Assembly: GCA_944390375.1 (NCBI GenBank)
Contig: CALXPZ010000006.1
Location: 1,587-65,586, forward strand
Direction: 5' to 3'
From: an uncultured Alphaproteobacteria bacterium
GTDB taxonomy: Bacteria > Pseudomonadota > Alphaproteobacteria > RF32 > CAG-239
DNA: 64,000 nt
The notes beneath the pieces are model-generated. The model saw only the letters and a program-made list of their open reading frames with translations, was not told where the DNA came from and did no database searches. The stretch's first letter is position 1. Each line of letters starts with the position of its first letter. The translations under genes were made by a program, and so were the position numbers. Positions 8,867 to 18,994 of the stretch are shown here, piece by piece.

Positions 8867-9670
8867 ATGAAACATCTGTTTTTACTATTTTTTCTTCCTC
8901 TCATCTGTGCCTGTGGAGGAAAAGAAAAAAACTTTGAGCTGATAGATGCGTCTGCCGAATATTCGGTACGGGACAATTACGGCATAACTCTGCGCTCCGC
9001 CTCTTTCGGAAAAAGCAACACCACTTACTTAATCCCCGAAACCACGGATTTGCTGCTGAAAATACCTTTATACGGTCCGTGCTCGGACGAAGACAGCATT
9101 TACATCTATTCCGACGGCAAAAAATATGCGGCAAGTCAAATCAACCTGGTCGATGCCCGGCTGATAAAAAATTGGTACAAAGCCATTAATCCTCCGGCAA
9201 AAAACATGAAAATGTATATATCCGTTATCATATTTGCCCTGATTACCGCCTGTTTTGTCGCATTCAGCAAAATTCGGGATCTTTTCCCGATTATGCTGAT
9301 TTTTCCGATCGCCATGATGTGCATTGCCCAGTTGTCTGAACAAAAACTGTCTTTTTTCGGTAGCGGCATCCTGTCAGAACTCCATAACGGAGAAGCAACC
9401 ATAGGCACTAACACGCTACGGCTACAAAACGAAAAGAATATGGCAACCGGCACATTGCTTCACACCGGACAAAAAGTTTACATCTACCGTATCGGCAACA
9501 GCTTTTACGCCTCTTCCAGAAAGTTTTCGGAAAAAACGTTACGGCACACCGGCCTGTCTGACCGTTATCCGTGGCAAGAATATGCCTGCTGGCTTGTTCC
9601 GTATCTGTTTTGTTACGGCGTCTGCCTGCTGGTAAAAAAACGTTTTCGCCGTCCGCCGCAAACGGCCTGA
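8867..9670 (+). CDS. hypothetical secreted/membrane protein (267 aa) inserted between ybgC and tolQ on the opposite strand
   Basis: N-terminal signal sequence with a Cys-containing motif (FFLPLICACGG), an internal TM segment, and an AT-rich upstream region. It interrupts the otherwise conserved ybgC-tolQ junction. Confidence 0.45.
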   Translation: MKHLFLLFFLPLICACGGKEKNFELIDASAEYSVRDNYGITLRSASFGKSNTTYLIPETTDLLLKIPLYGPCSDEDSIYIYSDGKKYAASQINLVDARLIKNWYKAINPPAKNMKMYISVIIFALITACFVAFSKIRDLFPIMLIFPIAMMCIAQLSEQKLSFFGSGILSELHNGEATIGTNTLRLQNEKNMATGTLLHTGQKVYIYRIGNSFYASSRKFSEKTLRHTGLSDRYPWQEYACWLVPYLFCYGVCLLVKKRFRRPPQTA

Positions 9671-9738
9671 AATTTCTGACCACAAAAACACGCGAAGGTT
9701 CATTCCTCCGCGTGTTTTTCTTAAATCCCAAAAATCTG

Positions 9739-10191
9739 TTATTTACCGTCGATTCCTGCCGCCCTGAACATCTCGGCCGGAATACGAACCGGATGTTTCC
9801 TGAGCAAAGAAACATAAGCAAGTTTTACCGATATTTCGGCCAGCAGAGTTTCACCGCGCCGGATTTCCTGTTTCATTTCAGCGCGAGCACCTTTAACCTC
9901 CACCGCCTCACAGGTAATCGTCAGCAAATCGTCCAGCACCGCCGGCGCCTTATAATCGACGCTGATTGAACGCACCATAAAGCCGCATTTATCTTCCGCT
10001 TCCAAAGCGTCCCGCTGATTAACGCCCAGCGCGCGGACAAACTCCGTGCGGGCGCGTTCGGCAAATTTAAGATAATTGGCATAATAAACCACCCCGCCGG
10101 CATCGGTATCTTCATAATAAACCCGCGCGGGAAAATAAAATTTTCCGTCAACGATCACCCCTTCCGGCGCTTTAACCTTTTCTTCCATCAC
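9739..10191 (-). CDS. ybgC: Tol-Pal-associated acyl-CoA thioesterase YbgC (4HBT family)
   Basis: About 150 aa hotdog-fold thioesterase ([25 protein letters not shown]). Overlaps the ruvB stop by 4 bp and sits in the canonical ruvB-ybgC-tolQ position. Confidence 0.8.
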   Translation of the reverse strand: MMEEKVKAPEGVIVDGKFYFPARVYYEDTDAGGVVYYANYLKFAERARTEFVRALGVNQRDALEAEDKCGFMVRSISVDYKAPAVLDDLLTITCEAVEVKGARAEMKQEIRRGETLLAEISVKLAYVSLLRKHPVRIPAEMFRAAGIDGK

Positions 10192-11237
10192 TCCTCCTCA
10201 AACAAATCGTCCTGATAGCTTTTCACATTTTTTCTTGCTTTCGGCACGCCAAGATAGTCGCATCCGAGGTCGGTAATCACCCGTCCGCGCGGTGTACGCT
10301 GCAAAAAACCGAGTTTCAGCAAAAACGGCTCGATCACTTCTTCGATCGTGTCGCGTTCTTCGGACAATGCCGCCGCCAGCGTATCGGCGCCGACCGGCCC
10401 GCCGCCGTAATTTTTGGCAATGCAGCTGAGATAACGCTTATCAAAAGCGTCCAGTCCGTACTTATCGACATTCAGCCGACACAAAGCGTTATCGGCTGTT
10501 GCCGCATCAATCCGTCCCGCCGCGGCCATGGCGCCGAAATCACGCACCCGCCGGAGCAACCGGCCGGCCACCCGCGGCGTTCCCCGCGAGCGCCGGGCAA
10601 TTTCCATTGCGCCTTCTTCGGACATCGGCACGTTTAACAACCGGGCGCCGCGCAAAACGATTTTCTTTAAGTCTTCCGGCGAATAAAAATCCAACCGCAG
10701 CGGAATCCCGAAACGCTCCCTGAGCGGTGTCGACAACAACCCCGAACGGGTCGTCGCACCGACCAACGTAAACGGTTTCAGGTCAATTTTCACCGACCGC
10801 GCAGACGGCCCCTCTCCGATAATCAGATCCAACTGAAAATCTTCCATGGCCGAATACAATACCTCTTCAATCGCCGGATTAAGACGGTGTATTTCATCAA
10901 TAAACAACACATCGTTGGTGTCAAGGTTGGTCAAAATGGCCGCCAGATCGCCCGATTTGGAAATCATCGGCGCCGAAGTTGCTTTAAAATTAACATCCAG
11001 TTCTTTGGCAATAATCGAGGCAAGAGTTGTTTTTCCCAGTCCCGGCGGGCCGAACAACAGTACATGATCCAACGCCTCCCGCCGCATTTTGGCAGCCTCG
11101 ATAAATATCTTCAGATTTTCGCAAACCTGCCTCTGTCCGACAAATTCCGACAAAGCGGACGGACGCAGGTTGACGGGAACGCCGGCCGGTTGTTCGTCTT
11201 CCGGCAGCAAATTCGGGTTTACGAGCCGTTCTTCCAT
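10188..11237 (-). CDS. ruvB: Holliday junction branch migration ATPase RuvB
   Basis: Walker [14 protein letters not shown], Walker B/sensor [10 protein letters not shown], and the RuvB winged-helix C-terminus. 349 aa. Confidence 0.95.
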   Translation of the reverse strand: MEERLVNPNLLPEDEQPAGVPVNLRPSALSEFVGQRQVCENLKIFIEAAKMRREALDHVLLFGPPGLGKTTLASIIAKELDVNFKATSAPMISKSGDLAAILTNLDTNDVLFIDEIHRLNPAIEEVLYSAMEDFQLDLIIGEGPSARSVKIDLKPFTLVGATTRSGLLSTPLRERFGIPLRLDFYSPEDLKKIVLRGARLLNVPMSEEGAMEIARRSRGTPRVAGRLLRRVRDFGAMAAAGRIDAATADNALCRLNVDKYGLDAFDKRYLSCIAKNYGGGPVGADTLAAALSEERDTIEEVIEPFLLKLGFLQRTPRGRVITDLGCDYLGVPKARKNVKSYQDDLFEEE

Positions 11238-11240
11238 ATT

Positions 11241-11894
11241 TTATGCTCCTTTGCCGGCAAATTCTTTCAACGCCAGCTTAATCAGCGTTGCCACATCCGC
11301 TTCGGGATTCTGTCCCGCTGCCAGACTGACGGCATGATATGCCTCCACCCGCTGATATCCGAGATTAACCAGCGCAGAAATAGCGTCTTCCGCTGCCGAC
11401 GAAACATCATCAGCCGGCAAAACCGCCGGTGCAATTTCCCCGTCATCGGGCGACATCGCTGCCGCCAGCTCCCCGGCATCAGCCCCGGGAGCAAGACTGA
11501 CCATTTTCCCTTTCAGCTCGCTGACAATTCTGGCCGCAAGTTTCGGCCCCACCCCGTTCGCGCGGGAAAACGAAGCCTTATCCTGAGCGGCAATCGCCTG
11601 CGCAAGCTGGGACGGCGACAACACGGACAATATGTTAAGGCAGACTTTGGAACCGACCCCCTGTACTTTCGTCAAGGTCAAAAACCATTCTTTTTCAAGC
11701 GGATGCAAAAAGCCGAACAGACTGATGCTGTCTTCTCTGACAACCGTTTCTATCCAAAGGGAAACCTCCGCTCCTCTGGTCAGTTTCGACAAAGTCCGCG
11801 CGGCGGCAAAGACCAGATAACCGACGCCGTTAACGTCAATAACGGCATAATCCTCGCCCAAACTGTCCACAATTCCTCTTAATTTTGCAATCAT
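11241..11894 (-). CDS. ruvA: Holliday junction DNA helicase RuvA (start at MIAKLRG)
   Basis: N-terminal [26 protein letters not shown] is the RuvA signature. Two HhH motifs ([28 protein letters not shown]). Confidence 0.9.
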   Translation of the reverse strand: MIAKLRGIVDSLGEDYAVIDVNGVGYLVFAAARTLSKLTRGAEVSLWIETVVREDSISLFGFLHPLEKEWFLTLTKVQGVGSKVCLNILSVLSPSQLAQAIAAQDKASFSRANGVGPKLAARIVSELKGKMVSLAPGADAGELAAAMSPDDGEIAPAVLPADDVSSAAEDAISALVNLGYQRVEAYHAVSLAAGQNPEADVATLIKLALKEFAGKGA

Positions 11895-12148
11895 CAATTT
11901 TCCCCGCGAAAAAACACAGCCAAAGCTTATAAGAAAAATCCTGCCGCCGCAATCTTTTTTTTGCAAATTAAGAACAAGAGAAGAACTTTTTTGTTATTTC
12001 AAATATATAGAGTATAATTCATTTTTCACAATTTTTTATTGAAATTTTTAAACTTTTAGTTTAAATTCTTTATGACATTCGAAAAATAATTTTTCCGAGC
12101 GTCCGATTATTATTAACAGACGGGCTTTCAACACTCAGCATCAAACCG

Positions 12149-12172
12149 ATGGCTGATATAATGGCTGATATA
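12149..12172. repeat. tandem 12-bp duplication ATGGCTGATATA x2 in the ruvA-XRE intergenic region
   Basis: Seen directly: ATGGCTGATATAATGGCTGATATA. It produces the MADIMADI reading that opens the annotated + ORF. Confidence 0.8.
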
Positions 12173-12355
12173 ATCGCCGCAATATCCGGAAACAATGCCT
12201 ATTTATCCCCGATCCACGACCGGGGCTTTGAAAATGATATTAAAGAAATCCGGACTATGCGGATTTTAAAACCATGTTTGATATGTTTGTCGGAAGCCGA
12301 AACTTCTTCATACTGCATTCGCGGTTTTACTTTAAACATTAACCAAGGATACAAA

Positions 12356-12685
12356 ATGACTGGGCAAAATAAGACTTTTCGCGGAAAAAAGGAAGACGGT
12401 TCTGCCAACCCGATTGATGTTTATGTCGGCAGCCGTATCCACGAACTCCGCATTCTCAAAGGCTGGAGCCAGAACAAACTTGCTTCCATGCTGGGCATTA
12501 CTTTTCAGCAGATCCAAAAATACGAAAAAGGCACCAACCGGATCTCCGCCAGCCGTCTCTGGTACATTTCCCAACTGACCGGCGTTTCCATCGACTATTT
12601 TTTCCGGGGCATCAGCGTCGAATTGTGGAAAGAGAGTTTCCGGCTTTTGCCGCCGGCGTGGAAAGATCTGGACATCATTCCCTAG
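12356..12685 (+). CDS. XRE-family HTH transcriptional regulator (conserved alpha-proteobacterial type), start at MTGQNK
   Basis: NPIDVYVGSRIHELRILKGWSQNKLASMLGITFQQIQKYEKGTNRISASRLWYISQLTGVSIDYFF matches the widely conserved small alpha-proteobacterial XRE regulator (NPIDxHVGSRIR...LGITFQQVQKYEKGTNRI). The upstream in-frame extension from 12149 is probably not translated. Confidence 0.7.
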   Translation: MTGQNKTFRGKKEDGSANPIDVYVGSRIHELRILKGWSQNKLASMLGITFQQIQKYEKGTNRISASRLWYISQLTGVSIDYFFRGISVELWKESFRLLPPAWKDLDIIP

Positions 12686-13398
12686 TTTTTTGTCCGTCCG
12701 GATTTTTTTTCAAAATTACGCAAATATTCTGCCCAATCGGGTAAATTTTCTTCCCGAAAAAAATGATACAGGAAATCCGTCATCAGCTTATGACGGGTTT
12801 CCGCCTCCCGGCGGGCAGTGTCAGTCATCATCATATTCTTCAATTTCAGCAGCTTTTCGAAAAAATGATTGATAAAATTATCGTTTTTTCTGTTCGGACG
12901 CTGATACTCTTCAGCCTTTTGCTCCGTCTGCGGCCAGATCGCGGGATCAAAAACCGGTGTTCCGTAACGGTTGCAGCGCGCAAATGCATATTGCAAACAG
13001 CGTATAATACCGGAAGCCCCCATTGCATCCAGCATATCCGCGTCGGATACAACCCGCCCCTCCGGGGAAGACGGACGGATACCTTTCAGGCTTTTTGAAT
13101 ATCCCATGCGGGAAATAATATCCAAAACCCGTTCCCGCACCTCGGGAGCAATACCGCACTCTGCCATAATCCGCCGCGCATTGGGCAGCTTTTCCGCCGC
13201 TTCTTTTCCAAACAGCTTATAATCATCACAGTCATGAAGCAAAGCAGCCAGTCCGACCGTTTCAGCATCGGCTTTTTCTTCTGCCGCCAACTGCATCGCC
13301 AACCGAAAAACCCGATTTACATGTTCAAAGCCGTGCCCGCTCCTGTCTGCCGCCAGCAGTTTTTTAACCTCTTCTTTGATAGGTTCCCAGTCTGTCAT
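12682..13398 (-). CDS. HD-domain phosphohydrolase
   Basis: HD-domain metal ligands H...HD (GHGFEHVNRV, ALLHDCDD) and a downstream D (VSDADMLDAMG). 238 aa. Confidence 0.75.
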   Translation of the reverse strand: MTDWEPIKEEVKKLLAADRSGHGFEHVNRVFRLAMQLAAEEKADAETVGLAALLHDCDDYKLFGKEAAEKLPNARRIMAECGIAPEVRERVLDIISRMGYSKSLKGIRPSSPEGRVVSDADMLDAMGASGIIRCLQYAFARCNRYGTPVFDPAIWPQTEQKAEEYQRPNRKNDNFINHFFEKLLKLKNMMMTDTARREAETRHKLMTDFLYHFFREENLPDWAEYLRNFEKKSGRTKN

Positions 13399-13600
13399 TT
13401 TATCCCGCCGATTATGGTTGTTTTCCCTCGTTTTTCCTGCCCCGGATTCCCGCGCAGCCGCTGTTTGATATCATGATTGCAATATTTTCAACCGCCCTCC
13501 CGTACACAAGAGCATATTCTCTTCCGGTTGCAATATTTTCAATCGTTTTACTTTCCGGCCGCAACGCTTTCGCCCGGCTGTTTTCCTGTCGCTCCGGATA

Positions 13601-14113
13601 TCAGCCGGTTTTCCGCTTGTCCGCCAACCGGGTTTCCAGTTTCCGCACACCCCGGTTATTAAAATGGCAAATGGCAATCGCCAGCGCATCGGAAGAGTCG
13701 TTATTTTTCGGCTGGCAACCGGGCAGCAGAATTTTAACCATCGTTTCCACCTGGTTTTTGGCCGCCTTACCGACCCCGACGACCGCTTTTTTGATCTTAT
13801 TCGGTTCATATTCGGTAACCGTTATACCAAACAAAGACGGCGCCAGGATAACCACCCCTCTGGCCATGCCGAGCTTAATGGTCGAAGTCGGGTTATCGTT
13901 TAAGAACACCTGCTCTATGGCGGCCTCATCAGGATGATAGGCCGCTAAAACCTCGTTTAACGTATTGTGGATCACCGCCAGCCGGTCGGCAATATTCATT
14001 TTGGCGTCGGTTTTGATAAAACCGTCAGCCACGTAACGTATTCTGTTTCCCTCTGCCTCAATAACCCCCCAGCCGGTTGAAGAAAGGCTGGGATCCAGTC
14101 CCAAAATCCGCAT
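13601..14113 (-). CDS. ruvC: crossover junction endodeoxyribonuclease RuvC (start at MRILGLDPS)
   Basis: Catalytic acidic residues in MRILGLDPSLSSTGWGVIE and AIEQVF, ...SDALAIAICH. Confidence 0.9.
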   Translation of the reverse strand: MRILGLDPSLSSTGWGVIEAEGNRIRYVADGFIKTDAKMNIADRLAVIHNTLNEVLAAYHPDEAAIEQVFLNDNPTSTIKLGMARGVVILAPSLFGITVTEYEPNKIKKAVVGVGKAAKNQVETMVKILLPGCQPKNNDSSDALAIAICHFNNRGVRKLETRLADKRKTG

Positions 14114-14190
14114 TTTCCCTCTGTTTACCAAGTTTTTCGCATATTTCAAGCGTTTGACATAGTCAGCTTCTTTTTCCCTGTCCGAAAACG

Positions 14191-14219
14191 AAAGGGGCGA
14201 TTTAAGCGCCCCTTTTTTC
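14191..14219. terminator. bidirectional hairpin between yebC and ruvC
   Basis: GGGGCG-ATTTAA-GCGCCCC stem followed by TTTTTTCTTTTTC on the + strand. Confidence 0.4.
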
Positions 14220-14225
14220 TTTTTC

Positions 14226-14978
14226 TTAAGCTTCCAGAGCTTTCATCACCGCTTCGGAGAACTCCGCATTGTGATAAACCTGCTGGACATCGTCGTCATC
14301 TTCCAGAGCCTCGATAAAGTCCATCAGTTTCTGAGCAGTTTCCAAATCGTCAATATCTGTTTTTACAACCGCTTTCCAATCCAGACGGGAAGCCGACGGC
14401 GTGCCGAATTTTGCCTCCAACGCATCGGTTACCGTGCCGAGATCTTCCGGAATGGTTTCGATTTCGTGAAATTCTTCATCCGAGGCCACGTCGTTAGCGC
14501 CGGCTTCCAGCGCGTTTTCAAACATCGTATCGGCGTCGGCCACCGCTGCCGGATACTTGATATATCCGATTCTCTCAAAATTAAAAGCAACCGAGCCGCT
14601 TTCGCCGAGGGCGCCGCCACGCTTGCCGAAAATAGTGCGGACATTGCCGGCGGTACGGTTTCTGTTATCGGTCAGAGCTTCTACGATAATGGCAACCTTT
14701 CCGGGGCCGAAACCTTCATAACGCATGGATACATAATCATCGCCGCCCGCTGTCTGGGTAGCTTTGGCAATGGCGCGTTCAATATTGTCTTTGGGCATAC
14801 TTTCCGCTCTTGCAGCCTGAATGGCCAGTCTCAGCCGGGGGTTTTTATCCGGTTCGGGCAAACCGCTTTTGGCAGCAATGGTAATATCACGGGCAAGTTT
14901 TGCAAAAACTTTGGCTTTTTTGGCGTCTTGTGCGCCTTTACGGTACATAATATTCTTAAACTGGGAATGTCCAGACAT
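14226..14978 (-). CDS. yebC: YebC/PmpR-family (TACO1) probable transcriptional regulatory protein
   Basis: [39 protein letters not shown] is the YebC signature N-terminus. 250 aa. Canonical position upstream of ruvC. Confidence 0.9.
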   Translation of the reverse strand: MSGHSQFKNIMYRKGAQDAKKAKVFAKLARDITIAAKSGLPEPDKNPRLRLAIQAARAESMPKDNIERAIAKATQTAGGDDYVSMRYEGFGPGKVAIIVEALTDNRNRTAGNVRTIFGKRGGALGESGSVAFNFERIGYIKYPAAVADADTMFENALEAGANDVASDEEFHEIETIPEDLGTVTDALEAKFGTPSASRLDWKAVVKTDIDDLETAQKLMDFIEALEDDDDVQQVYHNAEFSEAVMKALEA

Positions 14979-15007
14979 TGAAAAACTCCTACAACTCTTA
15001 CATTTAC

Positions 15008-15781
15008 TTAATCAACAACAATCATATATTCGATTTTGGCGTCATTGGCTTCATATACCCTGATTTTCAGCCCTCTGATGTCAATAATGCCCGGACGGTT
15101 GGGATAATTGTAATTGACAAATTCCCCCGACTGACCGCCGCTCTGGTTATATTCCATAACCGTAAAGACCATGCGGTTCAGCTTAATTCCGGCATATTTA
15201 ATTTCAAATCCCCATACCATTTCGCTCTGCACGACCTTGCTGGTGGTAACGGGATCAAAACGGAAAGTGTCAGGCTCAATTTCGTACTTGGTATCAAGCA
15301 GATTAAGTTTGTCGCCGCGGATAACGCCGACCTGGTTGAGCAGGGTACCGTTGTTGCGGACCAAAAATACGTCTTTTCCTTCCGGATTGGGAACCAAGGC
15401 ATAGACTTTGTCATCAATCTCCACCCGGCCGATAATATCGTATTTCTTATTGGCCTCAATCTTCAGCGGGCTCAACCCGGAAATCAGATTTGCACCGGAC
15501 ACGGCCACGATGGATTCCTGGGTGTAATAATTGCGGGTATAAGATTTCGTATCCGCAATCGAATAGCCCTTATAGGCCGTCAGCATTTTATTTGGCGGGA
15601 AATTGGAATCCGTAACCGTTTCCGTCCTGATCAGCTTGGGGCCGTCTTCGTCCAGATATTCAACGCTGTAGTTGCCGAGCCCGGCGATAAAATCATCGCG
15701 TTCCGGCAAAAACGAAATCTCTCCGGCATAGATACAACCGCTCAGGCACAAAACCAATCCTAATACTTTTAATATTTTCAT
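15008..15781 (-). CDS. hypothetical lipoprotein (257 aa)
   Basis: Signal peptide with lipobox LCLSGC. No family assigned. Confidence 0.5.
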   Translation of the reverse strand: MKILKVLGLVLCLSGCIYAGEISFLPERDDFIAGLGNYSVEYLDEDGPKLIRTETVTDSNFPPNKMLTAYKGYSIADTKSYTRNYYTQESIVAVSGANLISGLSPLKIEANKKYDIIGRVEIDDKVYALVPNPEGKDVFLVRNNGTLLNQVGVIRGDKLNLLDTKYEIEPDTFRFDPVTTSKVVQSEMVWGFEIKYAGIKLNRMVFTVMEYNQSGGQSGEFVNYNYPNRPGIIDIRGLKIRVYEANDAKIEYMIVVD

Positions 15782-15877
15782 CCGTTTTTCTCTTTAAAAA
15801 ATTTTTACAATTTTTAACTTTTATATACTATAAACTTTATTTAGTAAATAACAGATTATCACTTATAGGACATTTTT

Positions 15878-16750
15878 ATGAACACACAATCAGGCAGCAG
15901 CTGGCAGGTCGTTTTTGCCCCCCGGGACAAAGAAGATCCCCTGTTTGACGAATTTATGGAAACTTTTTTTACCGCCAGCACCTGCGATTTTACCGAAGAC
16001 GGAAAACTCTGCTATGCGGGCTACGCCTCCGAACCGGTTGACGAGCAGGAAATGGCACACGCCGCGGCCGTTTTGGGTGTGGCTCTCCCGTCTTGGAAAT
16101 GCAGCCATATTCCCGCCACCAACTGGCTCACCAAAAACGTGATTGCTTTTCCGCCGCTCATAACCGACGATTTCTACATCTACGGCGTACACGAAGAACA
16201 AACGCCGCAAACCGACAAACACCGGCTGCGCATATATGCTGCCACTGCTTTCGGATCGGGACAGCATCAGACCACCCGTCTCTGCCTTGAGTTCCTGAGC
16301 CGTCTTTTCCACCATTCTTTCCGCCCCGGCAAAATTCTGGACATGGGATGCGGATCAGGCATTTTGGCTTTGTCTTCCCTTTTGCTTTGGCCAAACGCCT
16401 CGGCCGTTGCCGCCGATATTGACAACGAGGCGGTCATCGTTACTCTGCAAAACGCGGCCGACAACGGGCTTGATTACCGGATATCCGCCGCCTGCGGGGA
16501 CGGCTATCAAAACGGCCTGGTGCGGGAAAACGCTCCTTACGACCTTGTATTTTCAAACATTTTGGCTCGTCCGCTCATTGAGATGTCGCCGGCGCTCGCC
16601 TCTGCCCTGAAACCGGGCGGATACGCCGTCCTTTCCGGTTTTACGGAAGAACAGACGGACTGGGTACTTGCGGCGCATGAAAAAGCGGGGCTAAAAAGAA
16701 TTGCCGTGCTCAAAAACGAAAACTGGCGCGCGGCTCTGATGGAGAAATAA
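15878..16750 (+). CDS. prmA: ribosomal protein L11 methyltransferase PrmA
   Basis: FGSGQHQTTRLCLE and the SAM-binding motif ILDMGCGSGILAL. Confidence 0.85.
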   Translation: MNTQSGSSWQVVFAPRDKEDPLFDEFMETFFTASTCDFTEDGKLCYAGYASEPVDEQEMAHAAAVLGVALPSWKCSHIPATNWLTKNVIAFPPLITDDFYIYGVHEEQTPQTDKHRLRIYAATAFGSGQHQTTRLCLEFLSRLFHHSFRPGKILDMGCGSGILALSSLLLWPNASAVAADIDNEAVIVTLQNAADNGLDYRISAACGDGYQNGLVRENAPYDLVFSNILARPLIEMSPALASALKPGGYAVLSGFTEEQTDWVLAAHEKAGLKRIAVLKNENWRAALMEK

Positions 16751-16751
16751 A

Positions 16752-18443
16752 ATGAATTTAACCGAAATACGGCAGCATCTGACCGAAAAAAAATACGACG
16801 CGCGGCTGATCACCCGCAACAATCTGTTTTTGGGGCAGGATACCCTGGAACGGGAAAACCTCATTTTAGCCTTAACCGGATTTTCCGGTTCTGCCGGTAC
16901 CCTGATCGTAACCGGCAAAAAATCCTTTCTTTTTACCGACGGCCGCTACGAAATCCAGGCAGCCAGACAGGTCAATCCGGAAGAAACGGAAGTTATCTGC
17001 GACGCCTCTCTTACCGATTGGCTGCAAGAGCATTTTTCCGCCAAAATAAAACTTGAATACGACCCCTGGTGCGTCAGCATCCGGGAAGTTTTGCAAATGA
17101 AGCATCGGCTTCCCGGCCTTCGTCTTTACCCCAAAACGGAAACCTGCGTTTTGGAACCGGCCAGCGTATTTGCCCACGAACTTCAATATTGCGGCACGGA
17201 TACCAAAGAAAAATGCGCTCTTGTCCTTGAACGCCTCCGGCAGAAAAACTGCCGGGCCTGCCTGCTGACCGCGGCCGACAGCGTATCCTGGCTGACCAAC
17301 CTGCGTTCCGACGCCCTGCCCGACACGCCGGTTGTCCGCGCCATGGCGCTGCTCCGGGACGACACCGGCATCACCCTGTTTGCCGACGAATTGTCTTTCC
17401 CAAAAGATTGCCCCTATCCGGTTTTGCCGCTGGCCAAAATGGAAAAAGAACTGGCCGCGGCCAAAGACCTGACTTTTGCCGTTGACGAACAACGGACGCC
17501 CGACGCCGTCCGCCGGATCTTTGAAAAGCACGCAGTCAAAACCGTCTGTGCGGACGATCCCTGCCAGTTGCTCAAAGCCCGAAAAAACAAAACAGAAATC
17601 AACGGCATGATCAACGCCCACCTGCGCGACGGCACCGCGGTCTGCAAATTTCTCTGCTGGCTGGAACACAACAACGAAGATCTGAGCGAGCTGGATATTG
17701 TCGAAAAACTGCACGAATTCAGAAAACAGCAGCCTTTATATTATTCCGACAGTTTTCCCACCATTGCCGGCGTCGGCGCAAACGCAGCCGTCATCCATTA
17801 TCAGCCGACAGAGGAAACCAATGCCCCGCTTGCAAAAAACACGCTGCTTTTGATTGACAGCGGCGGGCAATATTTCAACGGCACCACCGACATCACCCGG
17901 ACAGTCGCGCTCGGCACGCCGGCAAAAGAAATGAAAGAAAAATTCACCATTGTTTTAAAGGCGCACATAGCCCTGGCCTCCGCCCGCTTTCCCAAAAATG
18001 TTCCCGGCGCGGTTCTTGACGCCGTCTGCCGCAGCGTCATGTGGCGTTTCGGGCTGGATTACAAGCACGGCACCGGACACGGCGTCGGCTGTTTTCTCAA
18101 TGTTCACGAAGGTCCGCAAAACCTCAGCCCCCGCAGTTTTTCCTGCCCGCTTGAAGAAAATATGGTAGTCTCCGTAGAACCCGGCTGGTACCGGGAAAAC
18201 GCCTTTGGCATCAGGATTGAAAACCTGGTCCGGGTCATTGCCGACGACCAACTGCCCGATATGCTGAAATTTTCAATTCTTACTCTGGCGCCGCTTGATA
18301 AACGCCTGATTGATAAATATCTTTTAACCGGCGAGGAAATCGAATGGGTAGACAACTACCACCGGGAAGTTTTCCGGAAAATTTCTCCCGGCCTGACGGA
18401 AGAAGAAAAAAGCTGGCTGGAGGAGGCCTGTTCCTCGTTATAA
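16752..18443 (+). CDS. M24-family Xaa-Pro aminopeptidase (aminopeptidase P-like, 563 aa)
   Basis: Creatinase/prolidase N-terminal domains plus the pita-bread catalytic domain with metal ligands (DSGGQY, HGTGHGVG, VEPGWY, IRIENLV). Starts 1 bp after the prmA stop. Confidence 0.85.
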   Translation: MNLTEIRQHLTEKKYDARLITRNNLFLGQDTLERENLILALTGFSGSAGTLIVTGKKSFLFTDGRYEIQAARQVNPEETEVICDASLTDWLQEHFSAKIKLEYDPWCVSIREVLQMKHRLPGLRLYPKTETCVLEPASVFAHELQYCGTDTKEKCALVLERLRQKNCRACLLTAADSVSWLTNLRSDALPDTPVVRAMALLRDDTGITLFADELSFPKDCPYPVLPLAKMEKELAAAKDLTFAVDEQRTPDAVRRIFEKHAVKTVCADDPCQLLKARKNKTEINGMINAHLRDGTAVCKFLCWLEHNNEDLSELDIVEKLHEFRKQQPLYYSDSFPTIAGVGANAAVIHYQPTEETNAPLAKNTLLLIDSGGQYFNGTTDITRTVALGTPAKEMKEKFTIVLKAHIALASARFPKNVPGAVLDAVCRSVMWRFGLDYKHGTGHGVGCFLNVHEGPQNLSPRSFSCPLEENMVVSVEPGWYRENAFGIRIENLVRVIADDQLPDMLKFSILTLAPLDKRLIDKYLLTGEEIEWVDNYHREVFRKISPGLTEEEKSWLEEACSSL

Positions 18444-18468
18444 ATCACAATATTTAACGGAGAACAAA

Positions 18469-18921
18469 ATGAAAAAATTGATTTTAAGCCTGCTGCTGAT
18501 ACCGGCGGCCGTTCGTGCACAACAGCTGCAGTTTGAAAGCGCCGCCCCTCAAACGCCGATCGAACAATACTTTCAGGAAGAAAATCCCCAATACCGGCAA
18601 TCCATGATATTTGTATTTTATAATAACGAACCCTGCGGCAACTGCCCGCAGGCAATCGCCCTGATTGAACAAATCTACGACCGTTATTATCAAAATCTTT
18701 ACGGTTTTTCCATTATCAACTATCAGGATGATGACGAATACAACTTTATCGAAACCTACAACCTGAGCAGCCCGTTAAGCGTGGTTATGGTACGCGTCAA
18801 TGACGGCGCCGTTTTCGGGTTTGAAAAAATAGACAACCCGCAAAATCAGATTTCCGATCCGGTTTCTTTCAGCGACTATTTCCGCTACCGGGTCAATTCA
18901 TTTCTCGGCAGCAACGGATAG
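18469..18921 (+). CDS. secreted thioredoxin-like protein (CxxC), 150 aa
   Basis: Signal peptide MKKLILSLLLIPAAVRA. The FYNNEPCGNCPQ motif resembles a thioredoxin-fold active site. Confidence 0.4.
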   Translation: MKKLILSLLLIPAAVRAQQLQFESAAPQTPIEQYFQEENPQYRQSMIFVFYNNEPCGNCPQAIALIEQIYDRYYQNLYGFSIINYQDDDEYNFIETYNLSSPLSVVMVRVNDGAVFGFEKIDNPQNQISDPVSFSDYFRYRVNSFLGSNG

Positions 18922-18952
18922 CCCATGGCCGGGATATGTTTTCCGGATATAA

Positions 18953-18986
18953 AAAAAGCATTTCACCCGGCTGGTGAAATGCTTTT
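18953..18986. terminator. bidirectional rho-independent terminator between convergent genes
   Basis: AAAAAGCATTTCACC-N6-GGTGAAATGCTTTTT, a perfect 15-bp stem with A/T runs on both sides. Confidence 0.6.
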
Positions 18987-18994
18987 TAGCCCGA

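Noticed and set aside
10887-11882. 331-aa + strand ORF overlapping ruvB/ruvA
   Set aside because: Arg/Gln-rich shadow ORF on the opposite strand of two unmistakable housekeeping genes.
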